This document shows positions 10,239 through 20,279 of a stretch of 64,000 nucleotides of DNA, piece after piece. Origin of the DNA: an uncultured Rhodospirillaceae bacterium (GTDB lineage: Bacteria > Pseudomonadota > Alphaproteobacteria > GCA-2731375). How positions within the stretch are numbered: position 1 is the first letter of the stretch; every line of letters begins with the position of its first letter. The position numbers were made by a program, and so were the translations under genes. Below the pieces are notes generated by a model that was not told the DNA's origin, did no database searches, and saw only the letters and a list, made by a program, of their open reading frames with translations. Location: the NCBI GenBank assembly GCA_964590195.1, contig CAZPWJ010000016.1:1477-65476 (forward strand), in the 5' to 3' direction.

Positions 10239-11090
10239 ATGATCAGGGGAAGTTGTCTGTGCGGATCGGTACGCTGGGAAATTCATGGCCCGGTTGATCA
10301 TATGAGCCATTGCCATTGCGGCATCTGCCGCAAGGCCCATGGCGCGCCGTTTGCCACCTATCTTTCGGTCAAGCTGGATGATTACCGCCTGGCCGCCGGC
10401 GTTGAAACCGTACGGCACTACGAATCCTCGCCTGGTTTCAACCGATCCTTTTGCGCCACCTGCGGCTCGGTCGTGCCCATGGCCGTGGGCGACGGCAGGG
10501 TGGCGGTTCCCGCCGGCTGCCTTGACGACGATCCCGGCATCCGCCCCAGCATGCATATCTTCACCGCCTCCAAGGCGCCTTGGCACACGATCACCGACAC
10601 GCTGCCCCGCCATGACACCTATCCCAGCAATAGCGACCTGGCGGAGGTGGCGCCGCCGGCGGGAGGCAGCGCAACTTCGGGAATACTTCATGGCTCATGC
10701 CTGTGCGGCGGCGTCGCCTTTGAAATCAACGAGCCGTTCAAGGTGGTGCATAATTGCCATTGCAGCCGCTGCCGCAAGGCCCGGGCGGCGGCGCACACCA
10801 CCAACGGCTTTGTCTCCACCGAGGGCATCCGGTTCTTGAGAGGCGAAGACCTGCTGATCAGATATAAGGTGCCGGAAGCAAATTCTTTTGCCCAGACCTT
10901 CTGCAAGGTCTGTGGCGCCGGCATGCCGCGGCTGCCGACGGAAGCCGGCACCGTCGCCATACCTCTCGGCGCCCTGGATGATGATCCGGGCCAAAGCGCG
11001 GAGGATCACATATTCACCGGCTTCAAGGCGCCCTGGTATGAGATCACCGGCGATCTGCCTCAATTCGACGAGATGCCGCCCGCCCAGTAA
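10239..11090 (+). CDS. tandem GFA (glutathione-dependent formaldehyde-activating / CENP-V) domain protein
   Basis: Two copies of the Zn-Cys signature (CLCGSVRWE...HCHCGICRKAHGAPF and CLCGGVAFE...NCHCSRCRKARAAAH). GGGGGAGTAAAGG ribosome-binding site. Confidence 0.75.
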   Translation: MIRGSCLCGSVRWEIHGPVDHMSHCHCGICRKAHGAPFATYLSVKLDDYRLAAGVETVRHYESSPGFNRSFCATCGSVVPMAVGDGRVAVPAGCLDDDPGIRPSMHIFTASKAPWHTITDTLPRHDTYPSNSDLAEVAPPAGGSATSGILHGSCLCGGVAFEINEPFKVVHNCHCSRCRKARAAAHTTNGFVSTEGIRFLRGEDLLIRYKVPEANSFAQTFCKVCGAGMPRLPTEAGTVAIPLGALDDDPGQSAEDHIFTGFKAPWYEITGDLPQFDEMPPAQ

Positions 11091-11151
11091 CCTGAACCGG
11101 GCTCAATTGAAACTAACGCCAGGGCCCCGCCTCTGTGGTATTCTCAGCGCC

Positions 11152-12501
11152 ATGAATGTACCTGACGTAGCGCCTTCGACGGCACCTCACGGCAAGCCAC
11201 GCTTGCCGTTCTTTTATGGCTGGGTGGTAATGGTGATCGCCTTCATCACCTTGGCTATCGGGGTGAATTCGCGCACCGCCTTTTCCCTGCTGTTCCCGCC
11301 TATTCTGGACGAGTTCGGTTGGAGCCGGGGCAGCCTTGCGGCGACCTTTTCCATCGGCTTCGTCGTCTCTGCCCTGATCACGCCGCTGATTGGCATGATG
11401 ATGGACCGGGTCGGTCCGCGCGTGGTCCTGCCCACCGGCGCGGTCCTGGTCAGCGCCGGGTTGATGGCCGCCACCTACGGCACCGAGCCCTGGCACTTTT
11501 ATCTGACCCTTGGCGTACTGGTGGTCGGTGGTTCCATCTTCATGAGCTATATCGGCCATACGCTGTTCCTGCCGAACTGGTTTAACCGGCGGCGGGGCCT
11601 GGCCCTTGGCCTGGCCTTCGCCGGTGTCGGCATTGGTTCGGTCACCATCTTGCCCTGGATGCAGCATACCATCGGCACCGTCGGCTGGCGGCAAAGCTGC
11701 TGGGTCCTGGCCTTTATCATTCTGGCCGTGGTCGTGCCCTTGAATGCGTTGTTCCAACGGCACAAGCCGGAAGATATGGGCCTGCTGCCGGACGGCGACG
11801 AAGCGCCAAGTGCCACGGCGCAGGAAAACGGCGCGGTGGTTGACCGTACCATCGTTGACCGGGACTGGTGCGAAACTGAATGGACCCTGCCGCTGGCCAT
11901 CCGCACCGGGCGCTTTTGGTGGCTGATGGCGTCCTTCATCGGCGCGCTGTACGTCTGGTACGCCGTGCAGGTGCACCAGACCCGCTATCTGATCGACGTC
12001 GGCATCTCGGCGGAGGAAGCCGCCCTGGCGCTTGGTCTGGTGGGCCTGGCCGGGGTCGTGGGTCAGATCATGGTTGGCCACCTTTCCGACCGCATAGGGC
12101 GGGAATGGGCCTATACCCTGGCGCTGCTGGGTTTTCTGGGCACCTATGCCTGCCTTTACGTGCTGCGGCAATGGCCTCAGGATTGGCTGATGTATGTGAT
12201 GGTCGCCTTGCAGGGCTTCCTGGGCTATGGCACCTCGACCGTATTCGCCGCGACGCCCGCGGATCTGTTCGCGGGCAAGCAATACGGCCTGATCTTCGGC
12301 ACCATGGCCACCGCCGCCTCCGCCGGCGCCGCACTGGGCCCATGGTTGACCGGGCTTTCGTTTGATATTCAGGGCAACTATGACCGGGCCTTCGCCCTGG
12401 CCATGGTCGTCTGCCTGATTTCCATCGCCGCCATGTGGCTGGCCGGCCCGCGCAGGGTGCGCCTGGTACCGGGCCGGATACCCGCCACAACGGAAGACTA
12501 G
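11152..12501 (+). CDS. MFS transporter
   Basis: Twelve predicted transmembrane-type hydrophobic segments and an MFS-like GxLSDRxGRR motif (GHLSDRIGREW). The ORF-track start at 10888 overlaps the GFA gene and is an extended-ORF artifact. Confidence 0.8.
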   Translation: MNVPDVAPSTAPHGKPRLPFFYGWVVMVIAFITLAIGVNSRTAFSLLFPPILDEFGWSRGSLAATFSIGFVVSALITPLIGMMMDRVGPRVVLPTGAVLVSAGLMAATYGTEPWHFYLTLGVLVVGGSIFMSYIGHTLFLPNWFNRRRGLALGLAFAGVGIGSVTILPWMQHTIGTVGWRQSCWVLAFIILAVVVPLNALFQRHKPEDMGLLPDGDEAPSATAQENGAVVDRTIVDRDWCETEWTLPLAIRTGRFWWLMASFIGALYVWYAVQVHQTRYLIDVGISAEEAALALGLVGLAGVVGQIMVGHLSDRIGREWAYTLALLGFLGTYACLYVLRQWPQDWLMYVMVALQGFLGYGTSTVFAATPADLFAGKQYGLIFGTMATAASAGAALGPWLTGLSFDIQGNYDRAFALAMVVCLISIAAMWLAGPRRVRLVPGRIPATTED

Positions 12502-13514
12502 CCGGCGGCGGCCTCTTTCAGGCGCGGCGCGACTTCCGTGGCGAATTTTTCCAGCGGCGCCCGCATATCGCCGGGACGCAACCCCGGCGGCACGCCCCAG
12601 GTGACGAAATCCGTGACGCGGTTCTTCTTGATGAAGGCGTTCAATTCCCCAACGCAATGATCCACGTCGCCGACCACCCAATTCTGCGAGATCCGCTCCT
12701 TATCCTGATCCGGCGGGGCGCCCCGGCCCGAGGCCTTGAAGGCTTGTGCATAATATTCCATGCGGAAGCGTTCCGCCGCGCGCACCGCCGGCCAGTCGCG
12801 GTCTTTGTCATCCGTCACGAAACAAGGTTTGATAATGCCAACACGGTAGTCGTCCGGATCCCGGCCATCGGCCCGCAGCGCATCGAGCCAGACCTGAATG
12901 GTTGTCTCGTACGGGCCCTGGGGTAGCAGATGGGCATTAAACCTTGCCGCGCGCAGGGCGCCTTGCGCGGACGAGGCCGCGACCCACAGCGGCGGGCCGC
13001 CGGGCTGGACATAGTCGGGCTTGATGATGACGTTTTCCGCCGTGTAGCGCTTGCCCTTGAAACTGAACCGCTCGCCGCTGAAACAGCGGGTCAGAATTTC
13101 CAGGCCTTCGTCGGTGCGCGAAACCCGCTGTTTGACCTTTAGGCCATAGCCCTCGAAATCCTGGGGCACATAGCCCAGGCCAACGCCAAGATCAACCCGG
13201 CCGCCGCTAAGGTTATCCAGCACCGCCAGATCCTCGGCCATGCGTACCGGCTGGTAGAGCGGCAGAATAGATATGTCGGAAGAAAACCGGACCGTCTTGG
13301 TGCGCGCCGCCATGGCCGAGGCCACGGGAACCCAGGACGGCAGATAGCCATCGTCAACAAAATGGTGCTCGGTAAACCAGATCAGATCAATGCCCAGACT
13401 TTCCAGCCAGACCGCCTGCTCCAGGATCTCGGCATAGAGGTCCTGATTGGAGATACCGGAATCCGGCGGATTGCGAAAATCATAGACGACGCCAATGCGC
13501 AGCTGCGGCTTCAT
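12498..13514 (-). CDS. LLM-class flavin-dependent (luciferase-like) oxidoreductase
   Basis: Luciferase-like TIM-barrel hallmarks: GIDLIWFTEHHF, LDNLSGGRVDLGVGLG. Confidence 0.8.
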   Translation of the reverse strand: MKPQLRIGVVYDFRNPPDSGISNQDLYAEILEQAVWLESLGIDLIWFTEHHFVDDGYLPSWVPVASAMAARTKTVRFSSDISILPLYQPVRMAEDLAVLDNLSGGRVDLGVGLGYVPQDFEGYGLKVKQRVSRTDEGLEILTRCFSGERFSFKGKRYTAENVIIKPDYVQPGGPPLWVAASSAQGALRAARFNAHLLPQGPYETTIQVWLDALRADGRDPDDYRVGIIKPCFVTDDKDRDWPAVRAAERFRMEYYAQAFKASGRGAPPDQDKERISQNWVVGDVDHCVGELNAFIKKNRVTDFVTWGVPPGLRPGDMRAPLEKFATEVAPRLKEAAAG

Positions 13515-13604
13515 TTTTCTCGACTCCCAATCATTATTGTTATCAAGGCGCCAACCGCGCTAGTCTCTCGTCAATCAAGCAATAAGACCAGAGGAGATTT
13601 TCCC

Positions 13605-14699
13605 ATGAAGGCCGCCGTCTTTTACGAACCGCACACGCCATTGATGATCGAAGAGATTAGCACCAAGAAGCCCGGGCCCCACGAAGTTCTCCTCAACACC
13701 GCCTTTGCCGGGCTCTGCCATTCGGATCTGCATTTCATGGAAGGGCTGTATCCCCATCCCGCACCGGCGGTGCTGGGCCATGAAAGCGCGGGTATCGTGG
13801 AACAGGTCGGCTCGGAAGTAACTTACGTGAAGCCCGGCGACCACGTGATCACCTGCCTCTCGGTTTTCTGCGGCACCTGTGAGCAATGCACCTCCGGCCG
13901 CCCGGTGATCTGCACCAACACGGAGGTAAAGATGCTGCCCGGCGAAGCCCGGCGTCTGGAATGGGAAAAGCCCGATCAGCTTCATACCTTCGTCAATCTC
14001 TCGTCATTCGCCGAGCAGATGCTGGTGCATGAAAACGCGCTGGTGAAAATTCAGGACGACATGCCCCTGGACCGGGCCGCCCTGATCGGTTGCGGCGTCA
14101 TTACCGGTTTCGGTGCCGCCGTAAACACCGCCAACGTCCGTTTCGGCGAGACCGTCGCGGTGATCGGCTGCGGCGGCGTCGGCATGGCGGCCATCAACGG
14201 CGCCCATGTGGCTGGCGCCGGCCGGATCTTTGCCGTCGACACCAACCCGGTCAAACTGCAATTGGCCACCAAACTGGGCGCCACGGATCTGATCAATCCC
14301 AACGACGGCGATCCGGTCGAACAGATCATGGAAATGACCAAGGGCGGCGTTAATCATGCCATCGAATGCCTGGGCCTGAAGAAAACCGCCGAACAATCGT
14401 TCGAGATGCTGGCGGTGGGCGGCACGGCAACCATCGTCGGCATGGTGCCCTTCGATGAGAAGATCGAGATATCCGGCTTCGCCTTCCTGCGCGAACGCAA
14501 GATTCAAGGCTCGTCCATGGGCTCCAACCGGTTCCGCACCGACATGCCGCGCCTGATCGACCTTTATTTGCAGGGCCGCCTGCACCTGGACGACTGGATC
14601 TCCAACAAAATCCAGCTGAACGAGATCAACGAAGGCTTCACCGCCATGAAGGAAGGCCGCGCCGTCCGCTCGTTGATCGATTTCGGGATCGCGCCGTAA
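13605..14699 (+). CDS. Zn-dependent alcohol dehydrogenase (MDR superfamily)
   Basis: GLCHSDLHF catalytic Zn motif, CGTCEQCTSG structural Zn motif, GCGGVGMAAI Rossmann motif. ATG at 13605 follows GAGGAG. Confidence 0.85.
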   Translation: MKAAVFYEPHTPLMIEEISTKKPGPHEVLLNTAFAGLCHSDLHFMEGLYPHPAPAVLGHESAGIVEQVGSEVTYVKPGDHVITCLSVFCGTCEQCTSGRPVICTNTEVKMLPGEARRLEWEKPDQLHTFVNLSSFAEQMLVHENALVKIQDDMPLDRAALIGCGVITGFGAAVNTANVRFGETVAVIGCGGVGMAAINGAHVAGAGRIFAVDTNPVKLQLATKLGATDLINPNDGDPVEQIMEMTKGGVNHAIECLGLKKTAEQSFEMLAVGGTATIVGMVPFDEKIEISGFAFLRERKIQGSSMGSNRFRTDMPRLIDLYLQGRLHLDDWISNKIQLNEINEGFTAMKEGRAVRSLIDFGIAP

Positions 14700-14725
14700 A
14701 ACGGCGTACGGGGAGCATTGGTACG

Positions 14726-16267
14726 ATGCGCGTAGTATTTGCGATGTTCGATACCCTGAACCGCCGGTCACTTGAGGCCTATGGCGGGACAACGGTAAGA
14801 ACGCCCAATTTTAGCAGGCTGGCGGAACGATCCGTTACTTTTGACAATCACTACGTAGGAAGTTTGCCTTGCATGCCGGCAAGGCGGGAGATGATGACCG
14901 GACGGCATAATCTCCTGCACCGCTCGTGGGGGCCTTGCGAGCCATTCGACCATGCCTTCCCCGATATATTGGCGAAGGATAAAGGGGTCTATTCCCATCT
15001 CGTTACCGACCACGCGCATTATTGGAAAGACGGCGGCGCCACCTATCATAACCGTTTCGATAGCTGTGAACTGATCCGCGGGCAGGAAATGGATGCCTGG
15101 AAGGGTATCGTTGATCCGCCGGCGGCGTGGCGTGAAAAATATCACAGCATGCAATACAGCATTGAGCCTCGGAATAAATACCGGCGCACCATGACCAACC
15201 GGGAATACATCACCGAATATGAGGATTATCCGGCGGTGCAGACCGTGTCATTGGGGCTCGAATTCCTTGACCGCAACAAGGATGCGGATGATTGGTTTCT
15301 GCAGATAGAGACTTTTGATCCGCACGAGCCTTTCGATGTGCCGGAAAGTTTCCGCGAGGGCTATCCAACTAACTACAACGGCCCCATCCTGGATTTCCCG
15401 CCCTACGGTCCCGGCACCGAGGACAGTGATGAAATCGCCGAACTGCGGGCCAACTACGCCGCGACCCTGGCCCATTGCGATTTCCAATTGGGCCGCCTGC
15501 TGGACAAGTTCGACGAACTGAACCTGTGGCGGGACACCGCCCTGGTCATTTCGACGGATCATGGGTTCCTGCTGGGTGAGCATGAGCTTTGGGGCAAGCT
15601 TGTGATGCCGGTCTTCAACGAAGTCGCGCACATCCCGCTGTTTGTCTTCCATCCAGATGCGGCGGATCAAGGCGGCACCAGGTGTCGGGCCTTGACCCAG
15701 ACCACGGACTTGATGCCGACGTTTCTCGAAATGTTCGGGTCGCCGCCGCCCAGGGAGGTGCTAGGCCAGTCCTTGCTGCCTCTGTTGCATGACGACAAAC
15801 CTATACATGACGCCATGCTCTATGGGCAACATGGCTGCGCCATAAACATCACGGATGGCCGGTACACGTACATGCGCTATCCCAAGGACCTCCATGACGG
15901 CAATCTCAACCAGTACACGCTCATGCCGACCCACATCGTCTCGTTATTCACCGTGGAGGAACTGCGCAATGCGACCCTGGCGCCGCCGTTCGACTTCACA
16001 CAAGGTGTGCCGGTTCTGAAGGTGCCAGCCATCCCGTCTTCGCCGGCCTACCTGCGCCATGGCGCCGGTGTGCAAATTCAGACGGGCACCCGGCTGTTCG
16101 ATCTGAAAAGCGACCCGCAACAGCTTGCGCCGATCAATGACCCGGACGTCGAAGCGCGCCTGCTGGCGAAGCTGGTGCAACTGATGCAGCTGAATGACGC
16201 GCCAAAGGAATTGTACAAGCGTTTTAACCTGGAAGGGGTATCGGCGTCTGGTTCAACTGTTGATTAA
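14726..16267 (+). CDS. sulfatase family protein (Cys-type, formylglycine-dependent)
   Basis: SLPCMPARREMMTGRH matches the C-x-P-x-R formylglycine signature followed by a TG motif. 513 aa. Confidence 0.85.
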   Translation: MRVVFAMFDTLNRRSLEAYGGTTVRTPNFSRLAERSVTFDNHYVGSLPCMPARREMMTGRHNLLHRSWGPCEPFDHAFPDILAKDKGVYSHLVTDHAHYWKDGGATYHNRFDSCELIRGQEMDAWKGIVDPPAAWREKYHSMQYSIEPRNKYRRTMTNREYITEYEDYPAVQTVSLGLEFLDRNKDADDWFLQIETFDPHEPFDVPESFREGYPTNYNGPILDFPPYGPGTEDSDEIAELRANYAATLAHCDFQLGRLLDKFDELNLWRDTALVISTDHGFLLGEHELWGKLVMPVFNEVAHIPLFVFHPDAADQGGTRCRALTQTTDLMPTFLEMFGSPPPREVLGQSLLPLLHDDKPIHDAMLYGQHGCAINITDGRYTYMRYPKDLHDGNLNQYTLMPTHIVSLFTVEELRNATLAPPFDFTQGVPVLKVPAIPSSPAYLRHGAGVQIQTGTRLFDLKSDPQQLAPINDPDVEARLLAKLVQLMQLNDAPKELYKRFNLEGVSASGSTVD

Positions 16268-16332
16268 TAGTTTGTGGACATAATCAATGGCATAATGTTT
16301 GCATAAAATAAAAAAAGCCGAGGACCGCAAAA
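16268..16332 (+). promoter_or_regulatory. AT-rich leader/promoter region upstream of the CHAT-CHASE2 operon
   Basis: 65 nt with much lower GC than the flanks (TAATCAATGGCATAATGTTTGCATAAAATAAAAAAAG), immediately 5' of a three-gene co-directional cluster. Confidence 0.3.
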
Positions 16333-19300
16333 ATGCACGCTTATCGTACCGCATTCGCCCTTTGCCTTTCCGCTTCCCTGCTTGCCGCCTGCCAAGAAGA
16401 CGGCAAGCCGGCGGTTTCATTGTCCCAGGCCGTTAAGACGACGGCTAAATTCGAAGGCCAGAGCTTCACCCCGCCGCCGCGAAAAATCGAGGATGTGCGT
16501 AAAATGCTGGCCGCGGCATCCGACAAAACCCCCGAGGCGATCGCCAAGCTGAGGGCAATCGCGGCGGGACCCGCCGGCGCGGGCGCAACGGCGGAGGAAC
16601 GCGCGCGATCGTTCTATAAACGTGCCATCGCGGCGGGCGAGTTAGGCAAGAACAGGCAAATGCGCGACGATTTGACGGCCGCGCGAGGGCAGAAACTGCC
16701 GCCCAGCATCCTCCAATCCAGTATTCTGATGTCGAGCGGCGTGGCGGCAACCGACAGCGGCAATTATCCGCGCGGCATTGATTTTCTCGAACAAGCCCTG
16801 GCGACGCTTGACCGGCTTGACCAGAAATTTATTCGGCTGTCCGCCGGGCGCGCCATTCTCGGACAATGGAAGGTCAAGGTCGGTGACCTTGAAGGCGCGC
16901 ATCGGGAGCTTCGGCAAAGCCGGGATATCCTAAACCGAATTAGTGGTAAAAAGAGGGTTCGAGAGGACCTTCTATTAATTCCGGAAATGCTGCTGCTGCG
17001 GGCGGAATTCGCCATGGCGCTTGAATCGGGAAAATATACCGAAGCCGAGCGCAAGGTCCGCGCCGCGCTGGCATTGGCGGACACGCTGATCAGCAAGAAC
17101 ATCACACCGCCGAGCGATTTTCCCGTCTATCCCATCGAGACGACACTGAAGAAACACAGGATGGCGATCACCGAGGCCCTTGCCACGACCTTGGCGCACC
17201 AGGAGCGTTTCGCCGAGGCGGAGATCGCCGCCCGCCGCGCCATCAGGATAGCCGTCGCCACCTTTGGCCGCAATTCGATCTATGCCGCGCGGGCGCTCAA
17301 TCCCATGGTTCGCGTCTTGACCAAGACCGGACGCCTGTCCGAGGCCCGCAAGTTGGCGGAAATCGCCATCGATATTCTGGAAAGACTGGGTGTCGATAAC
17401 AATGGCTACCGCCTGAACCAGGCCCGGCACCGTCTGGCCACGGTATTCATCGCCAGTGGTGAGTGGCAACAGGCGCTTTCCGCCTTCGCGCAAATCGCCG
17501 CCGCCGTGAAGGGCGACGATTTCTTGCTCGACCGCTTTTACCGCTATGATCTCGACCGGGCGACGGCATTGCTGCAAATCAATCAAACCGGCAAGGCCGG
17601 GCAGGTCACGGGTCCGGCGGCTCGGCGCCTGATGGACACACTCGGCAGTAAGCATTTCGAGACCGCCCAGGCCATGGGCCTGGACGCAGTGGCGCGGCAA
17701 CGGCAGGGGCAAGGCGACGAAGCACTTGCATCTTTCCGCCAGGCTTTCAAAATTCTAAGCACCCGGTCGCGGCAATCGTCGGGTGGAGAGAACGCCGGGC
17801 GCGGCGTTCGCCTGCGCCTGATCAATGAAGGTTACATGGCCGCCCTGATGGCCGACGGCGGCGCGGCGGAAGCCCACGAGGCCTTCCGCATCGCCTCCTT
17901 CGCCAGTGCCCGCGGCGTGCAGACCGCCTTGGTGCAATCGGCGGCGCGGGCCTCGATTTCCGATCCCGCTCTGCGCGATCTGGTGCGCAAGGAACAGGAC
18001 ACGCAAAAGCAAATCGCCGCGCTATACGGCATTCTCTCCAATGCCTTGATCGGCGGCAATGTGGCCAAGAACGAAACCATCCAACTGCAGGGCATGATCA
18101 GTGATCTGCGCGCCGCCCGTGCCGCCCTGATGGAGGCAATCGAAGAACGCTTTCCCGAATACGCCGAATTGATCAATCCCAAGCCGGCAAAAATCGCCTC
18201 GATACAGCCCTTGCTGTCGGCCGATGAAGCCATGCTCGTCACCTACGTGGGAACGGAACAAACTCACGTCTGGGCGCTGCCGACGAAAGGTCCGATCGCC
18301 TTTACCTCCTTTGCCCAGGGCCGGCGGAGCCTGCAAGCCGCCGTCGATGACCTGCGCGAAGCCCTGGCCCCCGAGATCGAGACATTGGGCGACATTCCGG
18401 CCTTTGATATCGCCAAGGCCCATGCGCTTTACGCGAACCTGATGCAGCCGGTCTCCGCCGCCTGGCAGGGTGCGGAGAATCTTTTCGTGGTGGCGCATGG
18501 CCCGCTGGGCCATCTGCCGTTCGCCTTGCTGCCGACCAAGGCCAGCAAAATCGGCGCACAACGCGAACCGCTGTTTATCCGCTACAACGATGTGCCTTGG
18601 CTGATCCGCGAGCATGCGGTTGCGATGTTGCCCTCGGCTCACGCCCTGGCGGCCTTGCGGAACCTGCCCTTGCAAAGCGGCCAACGCCGGCAGTTCGCCG
18701 GCTTTGGCGATCCTTTGTTTGGCGGCGACGACGATGAACGAATTGGCGCCCCGGCAAGCAGCACGAAAGAAAAGCAGGTCGCCGCCGTCAAGACAAGGGG
18801 CATAAAGACCCGTGGCGCAGGGAACCGTGCTGCAAGAAATCGGGGCATCAAGCTGCGCTCGACGCCCAAGGTCGAGGGTCTGGCCAGCGCCGGCCTGGAT
18901 ATTCTGCCGCGTTTGCCCGAAACGGCGGATGAAATCCGCGGTATCGCCGCGACCATGCAGGCGGACCCGGGCAGGGATATTTTCATCGGCCGGGCGGCGA
19001 CCGAGGAGGCGGTCAAGAATACGGATCTTTCCGCCTACCGGGTGCTGGCATTCGCAACACATGGCCTGATCCCTGGCGACCTGGACGGCCTGAGCCAGCC
19101 CGCACTTGCCCTGACGTCGCCCAAGGCGGTGCCCGGCAAGGATGACGGGTTATTGACCATGGGCGAAATCCTCGGCCTGAAGCTGAACGCCGATTGGGTC
19201 GTGCTGTCGGCCTGCAACACCGGTTCGGGCGAAGGTGCGGGGGCCGAGGCGGTTTCCGGCCTTGGCCGCGCCTTCTTTTATGCCGGCACCCGCGCCCTGC

Positions 19301-19548
19301 TGGTCAGCAACTGGCCGGTGGAGACGACCTCGGCCATGGCCCTGACCACGGATCTGTTCCGCCGGCAATACAAGGACCCCGCGCTGGCCCGGGCGCAGGC
19401 CTTGCGCCAGGCCATTCTGGCCCTGATCGACGGTCCCGGCTACGTCGATGCCGACACGGATCAGACAGTATTTTCCTACGCCCATCCAATTTTCTGGGCG
19501 CCTTTCTCGCTGGTCGGAGACGGCGGCGCCAGCCGTTCAGGAGCCTGA
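16333..19548 (+). CDS. TPR-repeat CHAT-domain (caspase-like peptidase) lipoprotein
   Basis: Lipoprotein signal with an LAAC lipobox. Long TPR-like alpha-helical repeats. C-terminal CHAT His/Cys dyad region (VLAFATHG ... WVVLSACNTGSGE ... FFYAGTRALLVSNW). Confidence 0.8.
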   Translation: MHAYRTAFALCLSASLLAACQEDGKPAVSLSQAVKTTAKFEGQSFTPPPRKIEDVRKMLAAASDKTPEAIAKLRAIAAGPAGAGATAEERARSFYKRAIAAGELGKNRQMRDDLTAARGQKLPPSILQSSILMSSGVAATDSGNYPRGIDFLEQALATLDRLDQKFIRLSAGRAILGQWKVKVGDLEGAHRELRQSRDILNRISGKKRVREDLLLIPEMLLLRAEFAMALESGKYTEAERKVRAALALADTLISKNITPPSDFPVYPIETTLKKHRMAITEALATTLAHQERFAEAEIAARRAIRIAVATFGRNSIYAARALNPMVRVLTKTGRLSEARKLAEIAIDILERLGVDNNGYRLNQARHRLATVFIASGEWQQALSAFAQIAAAVKGDDFLLDRFYRYDLDRATALLQINQTGKAGQVTGPAARRLMDTLGSKHFETAQAMGLDAVARQRQGQGDEALASFRQAFKILSTRSRQSSGGENAGRGVRLRLINEGYMAALMADGGAAEAHEAFRIASFASARGVQTALVQSAARASISDPALRDLVRKEQDTQKQIAALYGILSNALIGGNVAKNETIQLQGMISDLRAARAALMEAIEERFPEYAELINPKPAKIASIQPLLSADEAMLVTYVGTEQTHVWALPTKGPIAFTSFAQGRRSLQAAVDDLREALAPEIETLGDIPAFDIAKAHALYANLMQPVSAAWQGAENLFVVAHGPLGHLPFALLPTKASKIGAQREPLFIRYNDVPWLIREHAVAMLPSAHALAALRNLPLQSGQRRQFAGFGDPLFGGDDDERIGAPASSTKEKQVAAVKTRGIKTRGAGNRAARNRGIKLRSTPKVEGLASAGLDILPRLPETADEIRGIAATMQADPGRDIFIGRAATEEAVKNTDLSAYRVLAFATHGLIPGDLDGLSQPALALTSPKAVPGKDDGLLTMGEILGLKLNADWVVLSACNTGSGEGAGAEAVSGLGRAFFYAGTRALLVSNWPVETTSAMALTTDLFRRQYKDPALARAQALRQAILALIDGPGYVDADTDQTVFSYAHPIFWAPFSLVGDGGASRSGA

Positions 19549-19552
19549 GCCC

Positions 19553-20248
19553 ATGATTAGGAATAGCGCGTATTGTATGTTGCCACGGCTGTTGTCGGCC
19601 TGCATCGGGGCTCTCTTGGCGTTGCCATTCGCCGCGGCCCCGGCCCAGTCAGCGGATGCCCCCACGGCCATTGTCGAGGATGCGGATCCAGGCCGCACGG
19701 ATATCGGGCTGTTCGAAATGCTGCAAAACGGCCACAAAATCAGCCTGAAAAAGGGCGAGCAGTTGATCCTGGGCTATTTGCAGTCTTGTATGCGGGAAAC
19801 CATCACCGGCGGCGAGGTGGTCGTCGGCGCGAAGAAAAGCGCCGTTACCGGCGGTCAGGTGAATAGCGAAAAGGTGGAATGCGCCGGCGGTCAGGTGGCG
19901 TTGGACAAATCCAGCAAGGGCAAGGCCGGCGTCGTGGTCTTCCGCAAGGCGCCCAAAAAGAAGAAATCCCGCACCGCGAAAACCAAGACGCTGACCCTGC
20001 ACGATACCTCTCCGTTGGTGCGTTTGAAAACACCGGCCGCGGCAATCACCCTGCAACGGCTTGATGAGCCCGGCCCGCCCGAGAACATAAGCGTTTCGGG
20101 CAATACCGCCGACCTGCGGGCCGAGGGCATCAAACTGGCGCCGGGCGGCAGCTATGTCATCAGCGCGGGCAAACGGCGGGTACGCCTGAAGGTCGCACCG
20201 GACGCACGTGACGGCCTCAGACTGTTGGAACGCCTGGTTTTGCTTTAG
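19553..20248 (+). CDS. secreted hypothetical protein (possibly FecR-like beta-sandwich)
   Basis: AGGAG ribosome-binding site, signal peptide (LLSACIGALLALPFAAAPAQSADA), Lys-rich linker. Starts 5 nt after the CHAT gene and lies 32 nt before the cyclase gene. Confidence 0.6.
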   Translation: MIRNSAYCMLPRLLSACIGALLALPFAAAPAQSADAPTAIVEDADPGRTDIGLFEMLQNGHKISLKKGEQLILGYLQSCMRETITGGEVVVGAKKSAVTGGQVNSEKVECAGGQVALDKSSKGKAGVVVFRKAPKKKKSRTAKTKTLTLHDTSPLVRLKTPAAAITLQRLDEPGPPENISVSGNTADLRAEGIKLAPGGSYVISAGKRRVRLKVAPDARDGLRLLERLVLL

Positions 20249-20279
20249 GCGCCCTGGACGGCGAAATGGCGGTCATGAC

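Noticed and set aside
10888-11151. 5' extensions of ORFs in the track: the MFS gene from 10888, the alcohol dehydrogenase from 13362, the histidine kinase from 33354, the CHAT-adjacent ORF from 19448, PhyH to 27343, MATE to 31242, ATP12 to 47789
   Set aside because: The extensions overlap well-supported upstream genes and are low-complexity. Internal ATG or GTG codons with ribosome-binding sites sit at the positions where the family homology begins.
11113-12681. Long antisense or overlapping ORFs in the six-frame track, for example 11113-12681 (-), 3658-4806 (+), 14004-14792 (-), 18022-19062 (-), 22921-23793 (+), 24568-25533 (+), 42224-43570 (+), 57037-58167 (+), 59789-61045 (+), 38565-39500 (-)
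   Set aside because: Each lies opposite or out of frame to a gene with clear family motifs (MFS, radical SAM, alcohol dehydrogenase, CHAT, transketolase, pccB, rpoA, secY, short-chain dehydrogenase). Their translations are Arg/Ala/Gly/Pro-rich low-complexity strings with no recognisable motifs, as expected from stop-codon depletion in >60% GC DNA.
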